Shown here: piece by piece, positions 8,416 to 17,400 of the stretch
Layout of the letters: every line of letters starts with the position of its first letter
Position numbering within the stretch: position 1 is the stretch's first letter
IMG/VR virus record: IMGVR_UViG_3300033145_002422
Strand: one strand, 5' to 3'
DNA length: 64,000 nucleotides
Origin: a virus
Lineage: Duplodnaviria; Caudoviricetes
Notes under the pieces: generated by a model
What the model saw: only the letters and a program-made list of their open reading frames with translations
The model's database searches: none
Told to the model about the DNA's origin: nothing
Position numbers and translations under genes: made by a program

Positions 8416-9342
8416 ATGCCTTCAATTGCTAATCTTGGATATGTCGGTTATGCGAAATTCGGATTAATTAGTTATCCGGTTCGTGTAACATCGGCTGACT
8501 TAAAATTAACTCAATCGATTACTAAGCCAGATATTATAGATGGTAAGACGGATAAAACCGTTTATCAATTAGGACCAAAGGAAATTGGAGGCGGATTATC
8601 TTTTCCTGCTGTTCATGAGTCTTCGTCTGGTGTTGTTACTACATTATGGAATTTAGCCCTTGCTAGAGCAGCAGATGGAAGATTACAATATGATGATATC
8701 CATGTGAGATATGCGAATGGAACTTCTTTTAAATATAAAAAATGTATTATAAATACCATTGGAATATCTGTAACTCAGCAAGATGTTTTTAACATGACCT
8801 TGGATATCATGGGTACGGAACGTGAGAGCGTAGAAAGTACAGAACCTTCTTATGCTTTTAGGAATACAAGAATTGTAACATGGAATGATGTTGAATTTAA
8901 TATATCTTCCAGTGCTTTTAATGTTGTTGGTAGCGAAACAAGAAGTTTTTCTCTTAATGTTAATAATAATGCAGAAAGATATTATGCTTTTAATGGAAAG
9001 CTTACGCCTCAAGATGTAGCTCCAAAGAAAAGAGATATTGATGGAAGTCTGGTTGTTATGGGAAGGAACATAGGCTTAAGTGAATGGGCTTTAAGCAATC
9101 AATATAGATGTCATGAAGATAGCATTATACATTTTGGGTATAGGCTTGGAGCAGATGTATCTTCGACTGGTTGCGCTGGTGCTTGGATTGTAGAAATTCC
9201 TGGTGCGGTTTTTCAGATTGAAGAATTGGCTCTTACTAATGATTTATTTGAAACTACTATTAACTTCCTAGTTCTTCCTGGTATTAACTGGGTCGATGGT
9301 GGCGAGGGGAACGATACAACTTTTGTTACAGAATCCTTATAA
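8416..9342 (+). CDS. Major tail tube protein
   Basis: 308 aa, beta-rich, RSFSLNVNNN...KRDIDGSL pattern; strong AGGAG RBS; followed by a terminator, chaperones and the tape measure gene. Confidence 0.7.
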   Translation: MPSIANLGYVGYAKFGLISYPVRVTSADLKLTQSITKPDIIDGKTDKTVYQLGPKEIGGGLSFPAVHESSSGVVTTLWNLALARAADGRLQYDDIHVRYANGTSFKYKKCIINTIGISVTQQDVFNMTLDIMGTERESVESTEPSYAFRNTRIVTWNDVEFNISSSAFNVVGSETRSFSLNVNNNAERYYAFNGKLTPQDVAPKKRDIDGSLVVMGRNIGLSEWALSNQYRCHEDSIIHFGYRLGADVSSTGCAGAWIVEIPGAVFQIEELALTNDLFETTINFLVLPGINWVDGGEGNDTTFVTESL

Positions 9343-9377
9343 ATAAAAAAGGGCTATAACAGTAGCCCTTTTTTATT
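9342..9377 (+). terminator. Rho-independent terminator (symmetrical A/T tails)
   Basis: AATAAAAAAGGGCTA-TAACAG-TAGCCCTTTTTTATT perfect inverted repeat directly after the tube gene. Confidence 0.9.
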
Positions 9378-9487
9378 ATTTTAAAAAATCACTTCTCAAA
9401 TATAAACTATTTTGTTTTTAAGAATATAGTTATTTTTTTCCGATATATATATTAGTTATTTCTTTTTATAGAGAGTAGGAGAATTCC

Positions 9488-10057
9488 ATGTCATTATTAT
9501 CGCAAAATAAGCCTTCAATAGAGATTAAATTGTATTATAAGGAAATTAAGTTAGAATCTAATTTTACAAAAATTATTGTTCTTGAAGAGGATGAGGGAAA
9601 AAAGCTTTTTCAAGAACAGGAAGATAGGGATGAAAAAATTCAAGAAATAAAGAAAAAAATGGAAGCAATTAAAAAAAATACAACCAAAAAGATAGAAGGA
9701 GAACTTGCTGAGAATAAAGTTGAAACTAAGGAAGAGGAAAAGATAGATGAAGTTAATTTTAGAATATGTCTATTAAATACTCAATGGAAGATTCTTTCTT
9801 GGAAGGAACAAACGAATATAACTAGAGAGTCTTCTTATTTTAATAGGCAAGAGTCATTTCAGGATTTAGATATATGGAAATTTAGAGATTTAAGAATAAA
9901 AGCTTGTATGGTTTCATGGGATTTGAAGGATGATAGCAATCAGTCTATCCCAGTAAAACCGGATGTTATTGATCAACTTCCAGCAGATGTTGTTTTGAGC
10001 CTTGTTTCAAAGTATGATACGGCAGTTTCATTGAATGATGAAGAATCAAAAAACTAG
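9488..10057 (+). CDS. Tail assembly chaperone (G-like)
   Basis: Lies between tube and TMP; IKACMVSWDLKD...IDQLPADVV; ends in slippery A AAA AAC TAG. Confidence 0.75.
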   Translation: MSLLSQNKPSIEIKLYYKEIKLESNFTKIIVLEEDEGKKLFQEQEDRDEKIQEIKKKMEAIKKNTTKKIEGELAENKVETKEEEKIDEVNFRICLLNTQWKILSWKEQTNITRESSYFNRQESFQDLDIWKFRDLRIKACMVSWDLKDDSNQSIPVKPDVIDQLPADVVLSLVSKYDTAVSLNDEESKN

Positions 10058-10113
10058 TGATGGCGGTGGCTGATTATGTTGATGGGCGATGGCCACCGTC
10101 AAAAGAATTGCCC
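10048..10113 (+). promoter_or_regulatory. Programmed -1 ribosomal frameshift signal with H-type pseudoknot
   Basis: AAAAAAC 10048-10054 in the correct X XXY YYZ phase; 6-nt spacer; stem 1 10061-10070/10092-10101; stem 2 10084-10090/10107-10113. Confidence 0.85.
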
Positions 10114-10269
10114 TATGAAGTAAGAGAGTTTTTGATAGTAAAAGAGACAGGATGGACTTTGGAATATATAAGAAATTTAAGTATGCCAGATTTTGAAAAG
10201 TTTTCGTTAATTTCTCAGATATACAGGGTAAAAATGGATAATAAACGAGCTAAACAAGTGAGTATTTAA
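10057..10269 (+). CDS. Tail assembly chaperone frameshift extension (T-like)
   Basis: In the -1 frame relative to the upstream ORF; GWTLEYIRNLS motif typical of T segments. Confidence 0.75.
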   Translation: MMAVADYVDGRWPPSKELPYEVREFLIVKETGWTLEYIRNLSMPDFEKFSLISQIYRVKMDNKRAKQVSI

Positions 10270-10280
10270 TAGGAGGAGTA

Positions 10281-10685
10281 ATGAATAACATATTTGTAGA
10301 CCCAAAAGAAAAGATAACTGTAACTATTGTGATTGGACAGCAAAAGGGTAAAATTGTTTCCGCAGTAAATGAAGATGAATTGAAGAAAAATTATAAAGAT
10401 GTTGATATGGCGACAATTGAATCCCATCAGATTACGTTTAGAAGACCTAATTATAAGGATAATATAGATATACTTAGAGTCACTATGACTACAGATGGTG
10501 ATGAAGTTAAAATTGATGCGGCTACATTGAGGTATGAAAGATTTGTTAGCCTTGTTCAGAGTTGGACTTTAAAAAATGGGGAGAGCGATATTACTGCTAA
10601 TAGAGAGAATATTAATAAGTTAGAATTCGGAATAGCCAATACTATTATGGCTGCTTTAGATAATTCTCTTGGTTCGTCCATGTAA
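10281..10685 (+). CDS. Second tail assembly chaperone paralogue
   Basis: FRRPNYKD...LVQSWTLK...INKLEFGIA aligns by eye with the 9488 ORF; AGGAGGAG RBS. Confidence 0.6.
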   Translation: MNNIFVDPKEKITVTIVIGQQKGKIVSAVNEDELKKNYKDVDMATIESHQITFRRPNYKDNIDILRVTMTTDGDEVKIDAATLRYERFVSLVQSWTLKNGESDITANRENINKLEFGIANTIMAALDNSLGSSM

Positions 10686-10792
10686 AAATCAATTAAATAT
10701 TATAGAAGGAAACGGTTTAAAAAAGTATTATTTATTAATAGCGGAATATTTTCGCTGTTTAATCGTTTCTTTATTTATTTTCTGAGAAAATT

Positions 10793-13700
10793 ATGTCAAC
10801 TGATACGGATATTATTAAAAACACAAATTATAATATTGATTTTACTTCGACTGGTTTAGATAAAACTATAACTGGTGTAGCTGCATTATCTAAAGCTTTT
10901 AATAAGCAAGTTGATTCTATAAAAAAAGTATATAGCGGTTTTAAGGGTTTAACTACTACTGTTGCTTCTTTTACTGGAGCTACTGTATCTCTTAGTAAAT
11001 CTCTTGATACATTAATAAATTATAATAAAAGTATTTTAGGGTTGTCTGCTCAATGGAATAAATATGGAGTTTCAATAACTAAAGTTGAAGGTAGGGTAGA
11101 AAATCTTACTAAAACTCTTAGTATTACCAGATCAGAAGTAATGAAATTAGCCTCTAGTTTTGAGAAGGCTTTTTTATATAGTACTTTGGAAGGCGCTTCT
11201 AAAATACTTACGAATATAAAAAATGTTGTTGGTGCTAATGCGGAATCTATGGGTTCTATGCAAAATACTTTGTCATCTATAGCAGCTATGTTTCCAGGTA
11301 TGCAGAAAAGTATGGAAAATATGTCTAATATAGATAAGGATAGATTGACTTCTTCAAGTAGAATGTTATTTTTATCTGGCAAGATTAGTCAAGAACAATA
11401 TAGAACTTTGAGAGATTATATAAGCCAGAATGATCAAGTTTCCAAAAAAAATAAAGAAATGGCTGAGCAATCTAAAGAGTATTTGAAAATTATGGGGGAT
11501 TTAAAAGTATTTTGGGAAAAAATTTCCATTATAGTTGGAAAGGCTATTATGCCAGTGATGAAATCTTTGACAGATTTTCTTGTTAGGAATCAATCTCTAA
11601 TAGAAAATATAGTAGGTTTTACAACAAAATGGTTAGTTCCATTGTTACTTATAAAAAGTGTTTTTGGTTCTATATTTAAGATGGGGACCGGTGTTGGTGG
11701 CATGATTTCATCTGTTGCTAGAATGTTTGGTAGGAAGGGTGGTGCAGTAGGAGCTGTTTCTGCAATGACTGGCCCAAGTTTGGGTACTCAGAAAGTTTGG
11801 GTTACTAATCCTGGTTTTGGTCGTGGTGGCAATCTTACAAAAGAAGTGTCTGGATCTGCCAAGGAAACTGGTAAATTAACTGGATTATTAAAAAGTAAAA
11901 TGGCAAGATTAGGAATTGGCGGTGGAATGTTGGCCGGCGGTATGTTATTAGGCGAAGTTGGTAATCAGTTTTCAGCGTCTGGTCATAAAAAAACTGGTGC
12001 AGGAATAGGTCTTGCTGGTTCAGCAACAAATATAGGCGGATATGCCATGATGGGTTCTGCCCTTGGTCCGGTAGGAGCAGCCGGTGGAGCAGCTATTGGG
12101 TTTGCAAAAGAGCTTCCGAAAATGGTTGATAATATCAGAAAGATTGCAGGAAAAGGAGAGGACGAAAGTACTCTTCCTGGGTGGGCTAGAAAAGGGTTAG
12201 ATATCGCTTCATATGTTAATCCGGTTGTTTTTCTTGCAAAAAAATTAGTTCCAGATCTTTCTAGGGATAGAGAAAAGGGAGGGGCAGAAAGGAAAGAGAG
12301 GGTAGAACGACAAAAAGGATATCAAAAAACATTTGCTCAAGAAGAGTTGGCAAAAAAAGATGAATATAAACAAATACAGGATGAAGAGAGAAAGAGGTAT
12401 CTAACCGGAACTCCTCAAGAGATAAGTAATAATTTGGAAAGTATAACAAAAAGAAAGGCTGATATAAGTGCTGAAAAAGAAAAATATAGAACTAAGGATA
12501 AGACTGGTCTTGTAGATAAAATAGAATATGCATCGGAAACATTAGAATTCCAGAAAGAAAGAAAAGAAGGTCTTTTAAGAAAAAAAGAAGAGAGACAGAA
12601 AGAAGGAAAGGGAACTAGCGATGTTGATGACGAATTAAAAGCTATACAAAAAAATATAAGAGAAGCAACAATAGATTTTTCATCTGCAAAAAAGAATTTG
12701 ACTAAAATAGTTGGTAAAGATTTATATGAAGAATATGAAAAAATAAGTAAAGAGGAAGAAACGGCGTTAAAATATGCCAAAGAACAAATCATGATAACTC
12801 AACAACAATTGTCTCTTAATTCCTCTAGATTATCTTCTTTAGATGCTTTATCTGAAAAAGCTATTTTATTGGGGGTTAAAGATGAAAGTTTTGCTAAGAT
12901 GAAAGAACAAAATCAAAATTATTATTTAGGATTAAAAAGATCTGAAAAAGATTTAGATAAGTCAATAATGATGCTTAAACAGAGAATGAATGCTGCTGAT
13001 CAAAATACTAAAGAAGGTAGAATAGAAAGAGCGCAAGCTGAAGAAGAGCTAAATATTAAAGTAAAGCAAAGAGCGGATTTGGAAAAACAGGAATATGAAT
13101 CCTTATTAAAGGTTTTTAATCTTCTTGAACGAATTGCTCAAACTTCTTCTGCATTAGCTGCTACTCGTTCTTCTTTACTTGAATCTATTATAGATCAAAA
13201 GGCATATTTAGGAACTAATGAAAATATAGAATTGGCTATAACAGAAACTGTTAAAGATAGAAATAGAGAAATATCTGATTTAAATGTTGCTTATGAAGAG
13301 GCAGAAAGTAAGTTGAAAGATATGAAAGTAGATAGCGTCGAATATCTTAAGGTTCAAGAAAAAATGTTAGGAATATCCATGAAAATGAATGCTGCTAGGA
13401 AGGGTGCCGTGGAAGCTCAGCTTAAAATAACAGATCAGCATAAAGTAGAATTGAAGATAGCAGAACAAAATAGTCAATTAGCAGAAATGAGTGTTCAGCT
13501 TTTAGACCAATTTGTAACTGGCCTTGGTGCAAGCGTAGGAATGAGAATGAAGGCCATAGAGATGTCAGAAAAGCAATTAGATATTACTAAAAAACAAATA
13601 TCTGAATTAAATGCTAGTGATGAAATTGAGAAGAAGAAACCAATTTGGCAAGAGAAGATGAATGAGTTTAAATTAAAAGAACTTAGTATTACTATGAAGA

Positions 13701-14359
13701 TAGCTGAACAATCTAAAGCCATGAGAGATGGTTGGGTTGATTCTATCAAAGCTATGCAGATAGGTTCTGGTAGAATTTCTAAGATTGTTGTTGACCAGAA
13801 TAAGAACTTAGGCGTTGGAATGAAGTATTTGGATGGGTTCGTAAGAACATATAAGAGCGGTGCCGTAGGAAGGGTAGGAGAGGGGATGGTTGGCTCTGCT
13901 GGCTCTGAAAGATTTAAAGCTAACAGATATGGTGCTGGTGGCCTTGATATAGCTGGTGGCAGGTCTACAAGCCCTTATGCAACTGATTATGGTCCAAGTA
14001 TTGCAGAAACAAATAGGATTTCTCAGGGATTAAGGGGGGGAGATCGTTCCGCAGCTATGGCGGGAGTTCAGGGTCAAATAACTAGAGCCAGAGCAGGTCA
14101 AAGACGTACTGGTGGATCTTCTTTAGCTGGTGAAACTACCGCTGCTAGCATTATAATTGCTCAGGGCGTAGGAACTGGCAATGGTGGGGGATCGATTGCT
14201 GATAGGGGCGTGATGTCTAGCGGCGGTTCAGTAACGGTTCCTATCAGTATGACATTCGAAATTAACAATAATGGAGATATAAGGAATGTAGCCAGTAAGG
14301 TAGCAGATATGGTAGAAAAGAGACTTTCTAAAGAGCTTGGTAAAAATGTTTCTCATTAA
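10793..14359 (+). CDS. Tape measure protein
   Basis: 1188 aa, helical/coiled-coil with Gly/Ala-rich hydrophobic segments, VWVTN motif, canonical position. Confidence 0.85.
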   Translation: MSTDTDIIKNTNYNIDFTSTGLDKTITGVAALSKAFNKQVDSIKKVYSGFKGLTTTVASFTGATVSLSKSLDTLINYNKSILGLSAQWNKYGVSITKVEGRVENLTKTLSITRSEVMKLASSFEKAFLYSTLEGASKILTNIKNVVGANAESMGSMQNTLSSIAAMFPGMQKSMENMSNIDKDRLTSSSRMLFLSGKISQEQYRTLRDYISQNDQVSKKNKEMAEQSKEYLKIMGDLKVFWEKISIIVGKAIMPVMKSLTDFLVRNQSLIENIVGFTTKWLVPLLLIKSVFGSIFKMGTGVGGMISSVARMFGRKGGAVGAVSAMTGPSLGTQKVWVTNPGFGRGGNLTKEVSGSAKETGKLTGLLKSKMARLGIGGGMLAGGMLLGEVGNQFSASGHKKTGAGIGLAGSATNIGGYAMMGSALGPVGAAGGAAIGFAKELPKMVDNIRKIAGKGEDESTLPGWARKGLDIASYVNPVVFLAKKLVPDLSRDREKGGAERKERVERQKGYQKTFAQEELAKKDEYKQIQDEERKRYLTGTPQEISNNLESITKRKADISAEKEKYRTKDKTGLVDKIEYASETLEFQKERKEGLLRKKEERQKEGKGTSDVDDELKAIQKNIREATIDFSSAKKNLTKIVGKDLYEEYEKISKEEETALKYAKEQIMITQQQLSLNSSRLSSLDALSEKAILLGVKDESFAKMKEQNQNYYLGLKRSEKDLDKSIMMLKQRMNAADQNTKEGRIERAQAEEELNIKVKQRADLEKQEYESLLKVFNLLERIAQTSSALAATRSSLLESIIDQKAYLGTNENIELAITETVKDRNREISDLNVAYEEAESKLKDMKVDSVEYLKVQEKMLGISMKMNAARKGAVEAQLKITDQHKVELKIAEQNSQLAEMSVQLLDQFVTGLGASVGMRMKAIEMSEKQLDITKKQISELNASDEIEKKKPIWQEKMNEFKLKELSITMKIAEQSKAMRDGWVDSIKAMQIGSGRISKIVVDQNKNLGVGMKYLDGFVRTYKSGAVGRVGEGMVGSAGSERFKANRYGAGGLDIAGGRSTSPYATDYGPSIAETNRISQGLRGGDRSAAMAGVQGQITRARAGQRRTGGSSLAGETTAASIIIAQGVGTGNGGGSIADRGVMSSGGSVTVPISMTFEINNNGDIRNVASKVADMVEKRLSKELGKNVSH

Positions 14360-14426
14360 ATAAAATCTTCATTTATTTGTTACAATTTCCGATTATTATA
14401 ATAAGTACTTTTATTTTTGGTGGATA

Positions 14427-17400
14427 ATGGCAGATACTCATACTCCTAGAAAAGGGGAACCAGTAGATTCTACGGAAATTTATGCAGATATATTAAACCC
14501 CTCTGTTCATGGAGATAGGGTAAGCTGCAACTATGATCCAGGGAATGCATTCACTGAAATACAAGCAGAACCATGGGGAGATATTCCTTCATATATACTT
14601 CCTTCTAATTTTATAAGATATTCTTTTGCTTTTTCTCCATTTATAAAACATACCAATACATTTCCATATACTAAGAGAGATACTGTTCCTCCAAATACAG
14701 TTTCTTATTATAACAAACAACAATGCGAAATAAGATGGGCATTTAATATAAAAGATTTGGAAATATGTCCAGAATGGTTTAAAGTGGATTGGAAAGCAGT
14801 TAATGATGAATTAGGTCTAGATAGAATAACAGAGTTTGCAGAAGATATACTTAAGTCTGCTAGCGATACTGTGGATTTATCCGAAGATGTAATTAATGCT
14901 TCTACAGATCCTGATCTTGCAAAAAATATTACAGATACATTATCGGATTTAACAGATAAGGTAACTTCTTTTGACAATTATGAAGATATAGGAGATTATA
15001 ATAATAGCGGAACAGTTCAAAACATATCTAATGAATTAGCTGATTTATTGCAAAGAGCATGGGATTCCGCTGGCGGAATGACGGAAGCAGCTTTTAATGC
15101 CTTAGAACAGTTGAAGAAATTATCAAAATCTTATCCAGAAATAAAGATAAAAGCAGATGGATATAAATTAAATGATAATTTTTTTATATCTCATTTTCCA
15201 GATGAGACTAGACCAGCAGAAGTTGAATTATATACTGCTGATTCTAGAATTCCAGACACGGATTCGAATGGTTTAGAATATACTGTAGGAGAAAGTCCTG
15301 GAGATAAAATTGCAAAAACAATTATTTCTGAAGAATGTATTAATGATGCTTGGGGATTTAGGAATAAAATAGAGGATGTTTTTCCTATATACCCTCCAGA
15401 AGATGGAACTGTTTATGATCCGCTTGGAGATAATGATGATGAATGCCATAGTATTAGAATTTCTGCCAGAGTTAGCGAAGGGAAAGAGGAAGTCTGTATT
15501 CCTTCTCGTTTTGTCATTCAATTGATCAAAAGAAAACAAGCTGGATTTTATATGGATGAAGAAAAAGAATGTGATAAAGATAATAAAATTATAGTTCCAA
15601 GTTCAAGCAGTTCAAGTTCTTCAATTTCTGCTTTATCTGCTATTGTGAATAGTAATATTTTTGGAACTATTTGTTCTGTTCCTACAGGTAATGATGTAGA
15701 ATTATTTGATAATAATTTTATAAATATATCCAATGCATATGCTAGAAATCCATTTGCTAATATTGATTTGAATAATTTAGATATTTTAGGAATAGAAGAT
15801 AGAGATGAAGATGTTAGATTTATCTATAAATATGAAACTTGTGTTTGCTATTATATAGCTTCTGGAACTATTCGTTGTGGAATGACTGGTAAAAAACCAG
15901 GAGATTGGGTAGTAGAAGATGCTCCTAGTTGGTGGTGTGATTCTGCTGGAGCCGGAGACGCAGGCTGGACTTGTGGAGGTGTATATAAAAATATTTTTGA
16001 TGAATGGGTTTGTGATGTTAATATAGTTTGGGAAACGTCAAGCGAATGTTCATTAGCATGTCCAGGAGAAGATCCGGATTGTTATTTGTTACCGACGCCT
16101 ATTCTTCCTGATATTACTTGTTGTGAATGTCCTTCTAGTTCCAGCAGTAGTTCCAGCAGTAGTTCCAGCAGTAGTTCCAGCAGTAGTTCCAGCAGTAGTT
16201 CCAGCAGTAGTTCCAGCAGTAGTTTTAGCAGCGGCTCTAGTTCCAGTTCCAGCAGTAGTTCCAGCAGTAGTTCTAGCAGCGGCTCTAGTTCCAGTTCCAG
16301 CAGCAGTTCCAGCAGTAGTTCTAGCAGCGGCTCTAGTTCCAGTTCCAGCAGTAGTTCTAGTTCCAGCAGTAGTTCCAGCAGCTCAGAAGAATGTCGCATG
16401 GAATCTTGGATTAACGAATTGTTTGTTTATTTTGAATTGCAAAGAGGGTGGAGAATACTTTTATTTAGGGGAAAAAGACCTTTTCATCCAATTGCTATGC
16501 CAATAGATAAAAGTTTGGATGAAGGAAGATTGGTTTTTGATGATAATTTAGTTACGCCTCAGTCTATAGCTTATTGTGTTGATGGTTCTTCATCTCCTAC
16601 TACATATGATTTTAATTTAGATTTATATGAACTTAATTACACTAGATATATGCCTGGTTTCGATCCGCCAAAAGCTACTCAATATTTAGGTGCTGCTCAA
16701 TGGTCTTATTTATTTTTTGGCGAAGATGGACGAACTGACATGTTTTATCCAGCAGGGTATTATGGAGAAGTTCATGCATATCCAACTATTTTGCATCCTG
16801 ATAAATTAGACACTGTTTATTCTCTTCCGCAAGACGGTGCTACTGTATTACCTCTTAATTTTAGAAATGTTTCTAACAAAGCCAGAAGAGAAAAAGATAG
16901 AGATAATAATGGATTATTTGATTTAAGTTTAAATAACCCATTATACGTTGGAGTCAATGAGGGAGATTTATATACTAAAAAATATATTGATGATACAATT
17001 GATAAAATTCATAATAAATATATTGATACTCCAGACAAATTGAAATCAACAACTGTTTTTACCCCACCAAAAGTTGTTCATAATACATTTACGATGCATT
17101 TATGCGAACAAGAAGTTGTAGTTAATATGCCTATAGATGCTGTGTCTGTTGGGAAAGCTATTTCTCTTGGAGTTACTCCTATATATGTTTTATCTCTCTC
17201 TAGAGAACGTCAACCAGTAACAAAAGAAGATGTTTTAAAAATATGTGCTAGAGATAAGAAAAATTCTGAGTTGATTTTATCAGGTTTTGCTCCTCTTAAT
17301 AATGTTTATGTATCTCCATATTATTCGCATAGAGCTGCTAGATATAGTGCTGATTATCCATCTAATATATCTATAGAAAGTTATAGAAGAGTAAGTAAAT

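Noticed and set aside
3470-14359. Extracellular contractile injection system or bacterial operon rather than phage
   Set aside because: No sheath or wedge genes; long TMP, G/T frameshift and an adjacent phage-type replication module indicate a tailed phage
16134-16385. Possible CRISPR array
   Set aside because: Contiguous tandem units without unique spacers, in frame within a CDS; no cas genes seen
16082-16506. ORFs encoding LELL (minus strand) and VPAV (plus strand, alternative frame) repeats
   Set aside because: Shadow readings of the poly-Ser repeat inside the 2591-aa gene
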